DNA of 64,000 bases from Leptospiraceae bacterium (GTDB taxonomy: Bacteria > Spirochaetota > Leptospiria > Leptospirales > Leptonemataceae). Every line of letters starts with the position of its first letter. Position 1 is the first letter of the stretch. A model generated the notes under the pieces. That model made no database searches, was not told the DNA's origin, and was given only the letters and a program-made list of their open reading frames with translations. Location of the stretch: the NCBI GenBank assembly GCA_040217195.1, contig JAVJNR010000003.1:192001-256000 (forward strand). The letters are read 5' to 3'. Below, in pieces: positions 40,908 to 51,339 of the stretch. Position numbers and translations under genes: made by a program.

Positions 40908-41061
40908 TACAGGTATCTTGCCTTTTGGCCATGGCGGTTCCCTTCCGGAATTCCATGGTAGGCCCGGGCCCTTGCTTCAATCCTTCCATGAACGAAATCC
41001 CTGGCCTGACATTAAACAAGGAAAGTCGGGACCGGGAATTTTTGCATTGACCGGATAGGCG

Positions 41062-42717
41062 ATGAAGCCTCCCAACCTTTCCATTATGCGAAATCTCAAT
41101 GGAATCACGATTTCTCTTTTTCTATTTCTCAATACAGCGTTACAGGCTGCCCCTTTCGAATTTCCGGATACAGCCGTGTATCATTACAATGTGACTTACA
41201 ACGGAACATGGGGGCCCGCCGGCGCAGAACTTCCCTGGCTACAAGCTCAAATGAACTTCAACCCCAGGGTTGTGGACTATCCCTGCTGTCCTGTTATTCT
41301 ACTGAGCACCCGCCTTGCCCAGGGCAGCACTGGCGATCTGAAAGGCCTAACTCAGAGTCCTCCCGGTACAATCAGCCTTTATGCACCCATCGTCCGGATG
41401 GGTGTTCGCTTACAGGGAAATGGCCCGGTCTATTTGTCGCAAAGCACAGATTATGGAGTCATCAAAACCGTAACCCTGACTCAATCCAGCCCGCCGGCAA
41501 CAGCCAGTTCCAGTCTCTGGCACTGGTTACAGTTCTCATTTGACAGCGCCTTCAATGTGAATCCAGCCGTTTCGAATTATAACCGGGCAAGCAATTCTGC
41601 GCCATCCACTCCCACCAACTACGGTCCATCCGAAAACCTCAAGGAAAAGGGATACTATCTGGTAGATGGACAACTTCGCTTTCCAGCACCCATCAACGAT
41701 CTACGAACCAGATATGACCAGAGTCAGGGAAGTTTATTTCGACTGATCATGGATGAATCCTGGATGAGTCATTATGACATCGTTATCCTATCGCAAAAAG
41801 ATGGCCATTACTCGGGAGCCGCCATTCCACATCTTCGCATCACCAATGGAAGGCCCAATAGTTTTGTGAGATTTCATTTTCTGGCCCTGTACGAACCCTA
41901 TTACAACAAAGATGCAACTCTGGTGAGTAACACTCGTTTCCTGTTCGTGCAGAAAGCCTGGGGATCCCTTTCTTCGCGCAAAGGACAGATTTGCCTGCAT
42001 GCGGAATGCATCCAGGGAGACTCAGAGAAAGAGGAAAAGGAAGAACCTAAACGACGACCGGATCCAAGAAAAAAGCCTCCGATCGAAGTGAAGCCAGGAA
42101 AGGACAAGCCTGTTATTCTAGATAGAATTCGCAAAGAGAATGAAATGCAGGCCGTCCAGAGAGATCGACTGTTCAAACCTGAAATCAAACTTCCGGGATC
42201 CTGGAAGCCCCTGGCGCCGGCCCGGGTGGCCGTTCGACTGATTGCCGCTCCGGGATCAGACCTGAATGGAGTGAGCCTTCAATTTTCCGCCTATAGAAAA
42301 TCAGATAATCGTCTCACCAGGGCCACTTTGCAGCGCGAAAAGTACAGTCCCGTGGATGCACGTTATCACCAGTCAAAATTTGATCCGCCCATCAATCAAA
42401 TTCATCCTGCACCCTTAGACGAAGAGCGATACTATCTAAACATTGATGATTCCCCGGGTACGGAATATGGCTTCAGCTGTAGTGTAATCTATCGGACTAC
42501 CGGCCATAATTGCTCGGCGGGTAATCCCAATGAAACTATAGTTTCGGTTACTCTGATCACTTCCGTTGATGGAAGGAATCCAAAGCGAAAAGAGTTTCGA
42601 CGATTTGAAGATGCCTTTGCAGCCTACCGTGTGGCTCAGGCATATTCCGCCCAGAAGTATCTGCCGGATGAAGATTCCTATTTACTATTTGAAATACAGT
42701 TTAAAAAGCCAGAGTAG
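41062..42717 (+). CDS. Hypothetical secreted two-domain protein
   Basis: Signal peptide ending ALQA; central charged Pro/Lys/Glu linker. Confidence 0.7.
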   Translation: MKPPNLSIMRNLNGITISLFLFLNTALQAAPFEFPDTAVYHYNVTYNGTWGPAGAELPWLQAQMNFNPRVVDYPCCPVILLSTRLAQGSTGDLKGLTQSPPGTISLYAPIVRMGVRLQGNGPVYLSQSTDYGVIKTVTLTQSSPPATASSSLWHWLQFSFDSAFNVNPAVSNYNRASNSAPSTPTNYGPSENLKEKGYYLVDGQLRFPAPINDLRTRYDQSQGSLFRLIMDESWMSHYDIVILSQKDGHYSGAAIPHLRITNGRPNSFVRFHFLALYEPYYNKDATLVSNTRFLFVQKAWGSLSSRKGQICLHAECIQGDSEKEEKEEPKRRPDPRKKPPIEVKPGKDKPVILDRIRKENEMQAVQRDRLFKPEIKLPGSWKPLAPARVAVRLIAAPGSDLNGVSLQFSAYRKSDNRLTRATLQREKYSPVDARYHQSKFDPPINQIHPAPLDEERYYLNIDDSPGTEYGFSCSVIYRTTGHNCSAGNPNETIVSVTLITSVDGRNPKRKEFRRFEDAFAAYRVAQAYSAQKYLPDEDSYLLFEIQFKKPE

Positions 42718-42904
42718 AAAAACTTCTGTCAGCAGGCAGGAGCAACCGGCTCGTCCCGGGCCATGCGAATATCTCCGGCTTATCGCCAGGCCTGCTGCTG
42801 TGGGTAGGATTGGTTCCACCGGGTCTCGGTTTCTGGAGGGACAACCAGAAAGGCCATGGACTAAAGCTATGGACTTCCAGCTGTTTTTTCTGGATTTTGA
42901 CTCC

Positions 42905-43603
42905 ATGACTTCTAGACTCCAGCCTCGATCGTTGATTAAAGCCGTTGTCCCCGGGGCCACGCCCGGGTTTTACTCAAGTGTTGCCTTCTCGTCCTTCGAA
43001 ATTGCACAAAAATCCTGGCAACAATTACGATCCAATCTATCATGGCTTTTGGCACATTTGTCTGTATTGATCTTCGCTTCTGGCCTGGCGATGTTGCTAC
43101 AAGCGCCAGGGTCGCTCTCAGCCCAAACGCTCACAATACAAAGATCGTCCTCTTCCATTACCTTTCAGATAGGCTCCTTCTGGGGCGATGTGGATGGTAG
43201 ATTTAATACCTGGGATTCCAGTGTAACCGTCAGTTCAGATTTTTCGCGGAGCTCCGGACAGGTCACCATCCAGATTGCATCCATTGATACGAATAATAGC
43301 GGCCGCGATGAACACCTGAGGGATCCAGATTTTTTTGCCGCCAGTCAATTTCCCACAGCCACCTACGTACTGAAATCAATAACTTCGGATGAGAATTCTG
43401 TAACCACCGATGGCACAATTACTATTCGCGGAACGTCCAGGCCATTGCAGATCGTATTCAAAAAACAGCAATCCGCCGGGAATATTCGTCTTAACGGCAG
43501 CTTCAGCATTAACCGTAAATCTTTTGGAATCAGCTATGACTCAATAATGAATCCAATCGATGATAATGTCCGGATCAATCTATCCATTCTTCTAACGAAA
43601 TAG
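42905..43603 (+). CDS. YceI family lipid/polyisoprenoid-binding protein (start uncertain, probably downstream)
   Basis: SIDTNNSGRDEHLR.PDFF...FP, GTITIRG, INRKSFGI. Confidence 0.85.
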   Translation: MTSRLQPRSLIKAVVPGATPGFYSSVAFSSFEIAQKSWQQLRSNLSWLLAHLSVLIFASGLAMLLQAPGSLSAQTLTIQRSSSSITFQIGSFWGDVDGRFNTWDSSVTVSSDFSRSSGQVTIQIASIDTNNSGRDEHLRDPDFFAASQFPTATYVLKSITSDENSVTTDGTITIRGTSRPLQIVFKKQQSAGNIRLNGSFSINRKSFGISYDSIMNPIDDNVRINLSILLTK

Positions 43604-43720
43604 TATTCGCGTTTGAGGATTTACTCGGGTCTGCAGCCTGGATGCGAATTTGCCTCAAAACACTTTCGGCTGATGGTATAATGAATGCTAATTGGCCCTT
43701 CCAGGTAAGGGCTCTCTGAA

Positions 43721-44854
43721 TCAGCGAATGCCTTTCCGTGACAACAGAGCGGGCCAGCCAAATCCAGGAATATGATAGGTCATCACTTCCGGGTTACGGA
43801 GCATGGCCACAGCGTAACTTTCATTGCTATGCTCCATGCGAATCTTCTTTTTATCACTTTCCTCCAGGAATCTTCTTTCATGTTCATTAAATAGTAGAGG
43901 CCAGCCTGTTGGTAATATGTAGGCCAGTTTGTCCCGGTTCTCCCACCAAAGGTCAGCCAATTCCTCCAGAGCGTAGGGATCCCTTCCATGCTCTTCTACA
44001 GCTTTGTTCAATTCCTTCTGAAAGTGATCCTGCACCACTCCATGCAACCGGTTCATTTCTTTCTGACTAATCCTATCATAGCTCTCCTCAGTCAGCTCGC
44101 GCAGCCGAATTCTGCTACCCATCACATACGTCAGCTTCGCAGGCATACCGAAGTAAAAGGACCAGGGAAGTAGAGAAACAAGGGTTGTGAGCGGCCCCAC
44201 CGGCAGGAAAGGCAAACCGATTTTCTGCACTATGCGATTCAGCATCTCCACTCGATATCCATAGGGATTGATGTATTCTCCATTTACAGTAAGAACCGGC
44301 ACAATATCTGTATGATACTTCAGTGCCATGCGAATCATACTATTGGAGAATCTCTGAAGTTGGTACCGATGATCGAAACCTTTACCTATGCCTGCAATTC
44401 CTTCGGGATAGATCACTACTGCCTGGTGTGGACGATTGGTAAGAGCATCGAAATTTCGCAGAGTGGCATCTACACCCCCTATTCGGTGCCAGAAGTTATC
44501 GATGAAAAAAGGATGCATCACTCGCATACGAGAAAGAGCCGGAGCAATTAAGGCCCGCACAGGGTGCTTTTCACTGTAACCCTGCATTCTGTAAAGGGTG
44601 GATGCAAATACCAGAGCATCCCAGGGGAAAGCCATACCGGAGTGATTGCCCGCATAAATGAGCGGAGCTTCCTTTGTTTCCGTATGAGGTAATGTATCAA
44701 AACCAATCAGACGCGCACGGAAGTAATACTTGTCCAGAAAATCCAGGACGTTTCGACAAATGCTGGCTGTGTATTCCGGATCATAGTATTGATCAATGGT
44801 ATCCAGTCTGGATTGCTGGATTCTCTGATTTATCTCCGATTCGCTTCTGGCCAT
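43721..44854 (-). CDS. Lysophospholipid / glycerolipid acyltransferase family protein
   Basis: NHSG....WD and YPEG motifs. Confidence 0.8.
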   Translation of the reverse strand: MARSESEINQRIQQSRLDTIDQYYDPEYTASICRNVLDFLDKYYFRARLIGFDTLPHTETKEAPLIYAGNHSGMAFPWDALVFASTLYRMQGYSEKHPVRALIAPALSRMRVMHPFFIDNFWHRIGGVDATLRNFDALTNRPHQAVVIYPEGIAGIGKGFDHRYQLQRFSNSMIRMALKYHTDIVPVLTVNGEYINPYGYRVEMLNRIVQKIGLPFLPVGPLTTLVSLLPWSFYFGMPAKLTYVMGSRIRLRELTEESYDRISQKEMNRLHGVVQDHFQKELNKAVEEHGRDPYALEELADLWWENRDKLAYILPTGWPLLFNEHERRFLEESDKKKIRMEHSNESYAVAMLRNPEVMTYHIPGFGWPALLSRKGIR

Positions 44855-45082
44855 AGCAGAACTTCTATTCCGGTAACAAATAAATCAAATCAATTTCTCA
44901 GATTAATAGACAGGATTGATGCTACGCACCACAGATAGGCGCTGTACATACTGAGCGCTGCTTGACCGATTGGTAGAGGCCGGGTAATGGTTTGACTCTA
45001 TTCTGGAATCCACCATCCTAGAATCGCTGATAGGACCAAAGGAATTGATCGCCGGTAGTCCGGCGCGAAGGCGGATTCATAG

Positions 45083-45760
45083 ATGGAAGGCACAGACAAA
45101 GCAAGACAGTTAATTGATGATAGAGAGCAGGCGCCGGACAACCTGGACAGAGCCGAAACAACCCTCAAAGAAATAATCCGGACCGATGCCAGCAATGCTC
45201 GGGCCCATGGATTACTCAGCGAAATCCAGTACTGGAGAGGCGAAATTAACAACGAAGACCTGATGGATATATATCAACTGGGTGTGGAATACGGCAAGAA
45301 GGGAGTGGAACTGGACGAAAACAATATTGAATCCCAGTTCTGGCTTTCCGTCAATTATGGGTTTTACGGCGAAGCTCGCGGCATTCTCAGTAGCCTGTTC
45401 TTAATTGATCCAATCGAAAATGCAATCAACAAATCTCTGCAGATTGATGAATCCTATTTTTTTGGCGGTCCGCACCGAGCCATGGGCTGGTTCCTCCATC
45501 GTGTTCCTCCATGGCCTCTGGGCAAGGGAGATAACCGCAAAGGTCTGATGCATCTGGAAAAAGCTCTGGAGTTTGGTCCAGACTTCTACCTGAATCGTCT
45601 CTATATCGCACAGGTTCTAATTGCACTTCGAGACAGGGAGGGAGCCCGGCAGCATCTGGAATGGGTCCTGAATGCACCTATTTCGAGTAAGCATCCAGCC
45701 GAGGACAAAAAATATAAGGACCAGGCAGGACAGATCATGGAGAGCTCACGGCTTTCTTAA
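45083..45760 (+). CDS. Tetratricopeptide repeat protein
   Basis: Helical TPR-like repeats, GGPHRAMG, HLEKALE. Confidence 0.8.
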   Translation: MEGTDKARQLIDDREQAPDNLDRAETTLKEIIRTDASNARAHGLLSEIQYWRGEINNEDLMDIYQLGVEYGKKGVELDENNIESQFWLSVNYGFYGEARGILSSLFLIDPIENAINKSLQIDESYFFGGPHRAMGWFLHRVPPWPLGKGDNRKGLMHLEKALEFGPDFYLNRLYIAQVLIALRDREGARQHLEWVLNAPISSKHPAEDKKYKDQAGQIMESSRLS

Positions 45761-45907
45761 AAGCGCTTTTGAATTTCCCCGTGAAATGAAGATACCGTTT
45801 CATAGGGTTCGGATAGTAATGAGTCATTTGCCCATTTTTTGAATCTGCAGTCTCGCAAATCGGTTCCGCTGCCTCTCGGCACAATTCCCTTAAAACCACC
45901 TGGAGCC

Positions 45908-46645
45908 CTATCCTCGAGGCACCGCCACTTCAAGATATTCCCGCACTCCTTCGCCATACTCCAGTCTGCCATAGATCTCAAATCGTTCTGCCCTGTCTGG
46001 GGACCACCAGTAGGATCCCTGATTGCAATCATGATAAGCCTTGAACAGAATCTTCCAACCACCCAGTGCCTCGATCTTGTTTTCCAGTTCTCGAATCCTG
46101 GAATCCCGGTCTGCGCGATGAATCTTTCTATGCGTTGCATAAAAAGGACGAATCATAGGCTGATAGTAATAGGGAGTGGAAAAACGATAACCTTTAATCC
46201 TTGCGCGATAGCGAGAGTCAACTATCCGACCTCCCAGGTCTCGCAACGGTTGAAAGACACCGAATTCAAAGAGTTTCTTGTAATGTTCGGGAAGCTCCCA
46301 TTTTTCATGGCGAACAATCTGTAGCTCGGGCTCCAGTGTTTCGTACTGCCTGGATTTTCTTCGATAGCGAAAATCCTTTCTGTGTGAACGAATGCTATGA
46401 TTGATGTGCTTTAGAATCTCCGCGAAAGTAGAGGCATCCTTCCGAGCGGCCACATCTGCTCGTAATTCAAAGGTCTGCTCCCAGCCGGCACGGACAGGCT
46501 TTTCCAGCTCGATCCAGTCTTTAAGTTCTGCCTCAGGATCCCGATATTTACCCTGACGTCGAAGACGCAGATACTCATCCTGTAGCTTTCGCAGTTCCTG
46601 ATTGTGCTTCTCTAAAAAGAACTTTCGCTGTCTTCGACTTTCCAT
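45908..46645 (-). CDS. Very basic hypothetical protein
   Basis: Arg/Lys-rich ORF (WIELEKPVRAGW...LRADVA); preferred over the antisense ORFs. Confidence 0.7.
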   Translation of the reverse strand: MESRRQRKFFLEKHNQELRKLQDEYLRLRRQGKYRDPEAELKDWIELEKPVRAGWEQTFELRADVAARKDASTFAEILKHINHSIRSHRKDFRYRRKSRQYETLEPELQIVRHEKWELPEHYKKLFEFGVFQPLRDLGGRIVDSRYRARIKGYRFSTPYYYQPMIRPFYATHRKIHRADRDSRIRELENKIEALGGWKILFKAYHDCNQGSYWWSPDRAERFEIYGRLEYGEGVREYLEVAVPRG

Positions 46646-46863
46646 AATGCCAGCTACCGGGGAAATCAAAACCAGAATGCGAATAAGCCCTGCCAGGGGT
46701 CCATCGAAAAATCTGGGCCTCTATCAAAGCATTTCAGAAAGCCTCTGGAGCGGATGTGGATGCAATAGTAGGCGCAAAAACCGCCGGTGCTTTTTTCCAA
46801 CAAACTACGCGATTCTTCTGCGCTATCCGAACTGAAAGGGTAAATGCAATCTGGATAAATCCA

Positions 46864-47925
46864 TTAATCGCAGACTGAGATCATGACATTATCATTTAAG
46901 GCAGGGCTTACAGCCACAAATGTACCGCTTCCGTAAGCAATGGACAACCAGGCATGATCGTTGGGCGCCTGTTGCGAAGTCCAGTTTGTTCCATCCGGGG
47001 TAACCATGATGCTGTCTGTGGTTGCGCTCGCCGAAACAGATACAAACAGTCCATCGCCGTACGTTACCGTACTCCACATCTCGGGTGCAACGGCTGAATG
47101 AAAGTCCCAGTCAGCTCCATTGCTGGAACTCATAGTTGTGCTGCCAAGTTCTACTCCGACGAATTTCCCGTTCCCGTATACCACGTCCCACCAGGTAGCG
47201 CTTCCTGCTATCTGAGCCGTCCAATTGATTCCATCGGAGGAGGTCATTACCCGGTTGGTCCCGTCGCTAGATACGGCTACGAATAGTCCATCGCCAAAAG
47301 TGACATTGTTCCAGCTATTAAGTTCTGCGGCCGAATGAGAAGTCCAGCTGATCCCATCGATGGAGCGCATGACTCGATTCGCTCCGTCAGAGGATACGGC
47401 CACGTAGATTCCATTTCCGTAGGCTATAGAGGTCCAGCTATTGGCGGCTGCTGCCGTTCTAGCAGTCCAATTAAAGCCATCCGCGGATGTCATAACTCGA
47501 TTAGAACCATCCGATGACACAGCCACAAAAAGTCCATTTCCGTATATGATCCCGGCCCAGCTATTTCCTTCTGCGGAGGACCAGGGTGACCATTCAACCC
47601 CCGTAGTGGATGTCATGACCTGGTTTGAACCGCCGGAGGAAAGGGCGACGAACAGACCATTTCCAAAAGTTACTGCCGTCCAGAAGTTAGGTTCCGTCGC
47701 CGAATACGGGGTCCAGACCGTACCGTCGTCCGAGCAATCAATGGGCGGAAAGAGGGTCAGGGCGGCAAACAGTAGGAGATTACTGGAATCTTCTACTGCA
47801 TCGGAATCCATGCCTTGAACCAGGGGATGCGCCACACATTGAACAGCCATTGCGGTGGTTAGAAGCAGGAGTACCAGGTGCCTGAGCGCCAGAATTTTCC
47901 GGTGTTTATAAATGAAAGGTGCCAT
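46864..47925 (-). CDS. Lipoprotein with seven ~41-aa repeats (likely beta-propeller)
   Basis: Repeat W..V.[YF]G[ND]G.FVAVSS.G.N.VMTS.DG..W seen seven times; lipobox-like AVQC. Confidence 0.8.
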   Translation of the reverse strand: MAPFIYKHRKILALRHLVLLLLTTAMAVQCVAHPLVQGMDSDAVEDSSNLLLFAALTLFPPIDCSDDGTVWTPYSATEPNFWTAVTFGNGLFVALSSGGSNQVMTSTTGVEWSPWSSAEGNSWAGIIYGNGLFVAVSSDGSNRVMTSADGFNWTARTAAAANSWTSIAYGNGIYVAVSSDGANRVMRSIDGISWTSHSAAELNSWNNVTFGDGLFVAVSSDGTNRVMTSSDGINWTAQIAGSATWWDVVYGNGKFVGVELGSTTMSSSNGADWDFHSAVAPEMWSTVTYGDGLFVSVSASATTDSIMVTPDGTNWTSQQAPNDHAWLSIAYGSGTFVAVSPALNDNVMISVCD

Positions 47926-48043
47926 GGTCCTGCCTTTTCGCTGCCTGCACGGGCAGCGACATTGCTGCAATGGTAGGCTCCCCCCATCATCCCAGACTGT
48001 ATTCAGGAACCTGGCAAGCCCTTTTGTGAGAATCGGATCCTGA

Positions 48044-48451
48044 TTAGTTTTCTGGTTTCGCGCCGGGAAACCACTCTACATGCATGTCACAGGATCGGCC
48101 AAAATAGACCGCCCTCTTGCCAGCGAGAGATACAAAGTAGCCCACGCAGCCTGCCTGTGCAATCCTCTTGCAAAACTCTCTGTATCGGATTTCCTGGCTC
48201 TGACTTGCACGAATGGCCTGCTCAATGCCTGCCGCGGAGAAAGTCATGGCCGGATTCGGATATTGTTGGCACTGCACCGATTCCCAGGATCCGTCCGCCA
48301 AATAGTAAATCCTGGTGGAGGTGAGCATGTCTGCATAGTAGCGCTCCACTCCGGCTTCCATCAAGCTTCGCACAATCTCTGGAAAAGGCAATCTCTCCTG
48401 ATCGGAGGCAAGGGTCATTTCCCGGACCAATTCTTTTACATTTTGTTCCAT
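48044..48451 (-). CDS. DUF1398 family protein
   Basis: FPEIVRSLMEAGVERYYAD, AGCVGYFVSLAGKRAVYFGR. Confidence 0.85.
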   Translation of the reverse strand: MEQNVKELVREMTLASDQERLPFPEIVRSLMEAGVERYYADMLTSTRIYYLADGSWESVQCQQYPNPAMTFSAAGIEQAIRASQSQEIRYREFCKRIAQAGCVGYFVSLAGKRAVYFGRSCDMHVEWFPGAKPEN

Positions 48452-48545
48452 ACGATTCTCCTGAATCAAATTTTCAATTCCTTCCAGAACTCGCCCGGGC
48501 GGGAACATTCCTGATACGCACAGAACCCCTCAAGACCTGGCTTGC

Positions 48546-49004
48546 TTATCCAATGGGTTTGGATTTTAGACCTTTCATTTGAACAATTTCTTCCATAGCG
48601 CACTGAATCATTTTGCGAATTTCAGGCTCTAAATGGCCAAAGTACTCTTCATCGTTTTGATCTGCCAGCCTGGAAAGCACAGGGATCAGTTGTCTGCCCC
48701 GGGCATTGAGCTTCAAACAATGCGCCCTTCCATCCTCTTCCTGATTTCTGTCAATCAGTCCTTTATTCAGCAAACGCTCCGAAAGCTTGGAAATGGCCCC
48801 ACGGGTCAAACCCAGGCTCTGGGCCAATTGGCCGGGCCTGGATTCGCCATCGTAGAGCTGTCTGAGTAGAACCCATTCGGCTACGGTTACCCCTTTTGCC
48901 TGCACCTTCTGCGCAAACGAATGGGATACCTGATTCGATACATACCTAAGCCAGTAACCGAGATGGACCTCCAGACCGCTGATTTCCTTGTTCTTTCCCT
49001 TCAT
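48546..49004 (-). CDS. MarR family regulator
   Basis: HLGYWLRYVSNQVS, wHTH LTRGAISKL. Confidence 0.9.
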   Translation of the reverse strand: MKGKNKEISGLEVHLGYWLRYVSNQVSHSFAQKVQAKGVTVAEWVLLRQLYDGESRPGQLAQSLGLTRGAISKLSERLLNKGLIDRNQEEDGRAHCLKLNARGRQLIPVLSRLADQNDEEYFGHLEPEIRKMIQCAMEEIVQMKGLKSKPIG

Positions 49005-49035
49005 GCAAGACCTGAAACAGGATGGACTCCCCATT

Positions 49036-49051
49036 TAGTTTCCTAGTCAAC
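49036..49051. promoter_or_regulatory. Putative MarR operator
   Basis: Imperfect palindrome GTT-TC-CTAG-TC-AAC containing a minus-strand TTGACT, upstream of marR. Confidence 0.55.
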
Positions 49052-49303
49052 ATTTATATTGCATCCGGGTCGATTTTTGAAGTATTCGTACAGGGTTATG
49101 GACAGAAAGGATGCGCTTACCTGGATGAGGCCATGGCTCTTGCCCTGCTCAGTATTCCATGTCCAGGCTACTATGCGAAACAGTTGCCATCTAAATCAAG
49201 CCTCTGTGACCGTTTGTCTGGAGATATTTTCGGATTCAAAAGGGGCCGAATGGATCCCGGGCCCAATGAGAGAATCAAAACCTTCGATTTTCACACCATG
49301 GGA

Positions 49304-50449
49304 TTACTGCTGAATGGCTCTTTTATTCTTGAGCATCTTTCCCGCCAGCGCATAGCCTCCATCAGCCGAATCTACAAAATGCACTTCTCGATGGGAACCC
49401 ATATGTAGCAGACAGGTTAGCAAGGCTCGGTTGCTTTCATGAATCCCGTATAGAATTTTGCCTTCGCGCTCAAGGCCGTCGAGATATTCAATCAAAGCTG
49501 AAAGACTCTGCTGGTCTGCATTCAGTGTGGTTTTCAGTGAACCATCGAATTTGTAATAATCGCTGGAAAGCATTTGATATTCATCCAATCGTTTCAACTC
49601 ATACCAGCCAGACTTGAGCGGCAAGCCGAACTTCATGGCGATGGCACATGCGAACCGCTCCAGGTGAATTCGCATTAGAGTGGCCAGGTAGGTCAGCTTG
49701 CTACGACCGATTGTTTGTGCCTTTCCTTCCCGTTTCAGATCATTTGATCCGCCTAGCTGAATTCCATCTAGATGCAGGGGGTTGGATTCACCCAGGATGC
49801 GCTTCATGGCCTCCTGTAGATTTCGCAAATCCTGGGCAGGAAATTCTGCCTGCTTAAACTCTACCACCAGGGAAAAGGTTATGGGTTTCTTTCCTGGAAT
49901 GTCCTGCCAGCGACAGGTAAATCCCTGAAAGCTGGCTACGGTTTCAGGTTTCTCCTCGGAGATCATATAGGGGATTGCGAAATCTGTTTTTAGCAGTGAT
50001 TCTGCATCCCGAATGCCTCCGGATATAATGGCCTGATCATAGTATTCGGAAACCCGCAATCGAGCCACCTGAATAGGAGGAAGAACCTGAACCGGAAACA
50101 GGGCCACTCTTAAAGACAGATCATAGAGCTCTTTTACTTTGTTCGCCGTATCTGCAAGGACAGACTTCAAATCCTCTTGCTTACTTTGAGGAGGGAGTAG
50201 CAAAGCCATGCCATCGCCACCGAATACAAAAGGATAATCCAGACCGCCCATATAGTTGGCCACAGCAATCACGGCCAGGGCACCTGCAATGTTTACCTCT
50301 TTATAGCGTCCATCCTGAATAGCCGCTGTGCTGTTCACTACGTCCGTCATGACCAGACTCCAGTCATGGGGCACTGCCTTATAGAAAGAAGTATCCCCAA
50401 TCTGGTCATAGGCCTCCATGGGCCTCAGATCGTTGAAGAATGAATTCAT
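49304..50449 (-). CDS. DUF3095 family protein
   Basis: TDVVNST, GRYKEVN, FVFGGDG, CRW, KFDG, HFVD..DGGYALA. Confidence 0.85.
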   Translation of the reverse strand: MNSFFNDLRPMEAYDQIGDTSFYKAVPHDWSLVMTDVVNSTAAIQDGRYKEVNIAGALAVIAVANYMGGLDYPFVFGGDGMALLLPPQSKQEDLKSVLADTANKVKELYDLSLRVALFPVQVLPPIQVARLRVSEYYDQAIISGGIRDAESLLKTDFAIPYMISEEKPETVASFQGFTCRWQDIPGKKPITFSLVVEFKQAEFPAQDLRNLQEAMKRILGESNPLHLDGIQLGGSNDLKREGKAQTIGRSKLTYLATLMRIHLERFACAIAMKFGLPLKSGWYELKRLDEYQMLSSDYYKFDGSLKTTLNADQQSLSALIEYLDGLEREGKILYGIHESNRALLTCLLHMGSHREVHFVDSADGGYALAGKMLKNKRAIQQ

Positions 50450-50651
50450 AACCAGAATCTGAATACCCGGAGGTGAATTACAACGAGAAAGTCAGACAGT
50501 CTGGCAGTTTGCAGTATTCACAGTTCAACAAGCTGGAGGTTGATTACCCGGTGGATGCACCAACCAATTAGTTTTGCCTTGCAGTTGGCAGGCCAATGGA
50601 TCTATTCCGGGGGCACAGGGAGACCAGCTTCGGGTACTCCCTGCCCGGATT

Positions 50652-51170
50652 TCAGAAATCGTCTCTTACGACATACAATGGAAAAGCTGGCTGACCGATA
50701 GGCTTCATGGCCAACGAAATCAACAAGGTCTCATTGTCATCTGGCGCCACTCGATTGGGGCGAATCTCCCCACATCCGCAACAGCGATGCAGGAGCACCC
50801 ATTCTCCGCTGCGAACCCAGATGGCGATGGGTTCCATCAGACTTTTACAGTTTGATGAACGATCTCCTGGGCTGACATCCAGATGAACACTATGCAAACA
50901 CAATGGACAATGATTTCTCTGTTTTGTTCCGGATTCGGGGATACCGATGACATGCTTGCAGTTTCTGCATCGGAACTCCCGGGACGGCCTTCGCCGATCG
51001 GACAGGGATAGCTTCGATTCCGATTGTGCATCCGGGTCCGAGAATGGCCGCAAGCCTCCCCCTGCAGACAAACCATATTCTGATTCGTCGTCAAAACCAG
51101 GCTTTCGCCTGCTCTGTTTTCTTTTCCTAGAATTCCTGGAGTAACCTGCGAATTCTTCGTAGTCTTTCAT
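50652..51170 (-). CDS. RNHCP domain protein
   Basis: FRCRNC, RNHCPLCLHSVHLD, PGDR, HRCCGC. Confidence 0.9.
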   Translation of the reverse strand: MKDYEEFAGYSRNSRKRKQSRRKPGFDDESEYGLSAGGGLRPFSDPDAQSESKLSLSDRRRPSREFRCRNCKHVIGIPESGTKQRNHCPLCLHSVHLDVSPGDRSSNCKSLMEPIAIWVRSGEWVLLHRCCGCGEIRPNRVAPDDNETLLISLAMKPIGQPAFPLYVVRDDF

Positions 51171-51173
51171 GAA

Positions 51174-51339
51174 ACCCTGTGGCGCATAGGATCACCGGTC
51201 GCTACCGGCGATGGCTTCAAGGGGCCCGCAGAGAGATTCCTTCGCCTGCATCCAACGGGGATGGCCAGATCATAGATTCCGTTCAGCGCGACGAGGGTCC
51301 GATCCACGGACCCTATTACAGGGTGGCTAGATGTGTCAT
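51174..51339 (-). promoter_or_regulatory. Structured leader with uORF (putative translational attenuator)
   Basis: uORF MTHLATL* at 51339-51316, several hairpins, and long-range ACCCUGU/ACAGGGU complementarity next to the RNHCP start. Confidence 0.55.

Noticed and set aside
42566..42904. Long N-terminal extension of the YceI ORF
   Set aside because: Overlaps the upstream gene; the signal-like segment lies much further downstream
45757..46404. ORFs 45839-46324(+), 45757-46140(-) and 46201-46404(+)
   Set aside because: Shadows of the longer 45908-46645 minus-strand gene
46900..47730. Nucleotide-level periodicity as a DNA repeat array
   Set aside because: Explained by the protein's ~41-aa repeats
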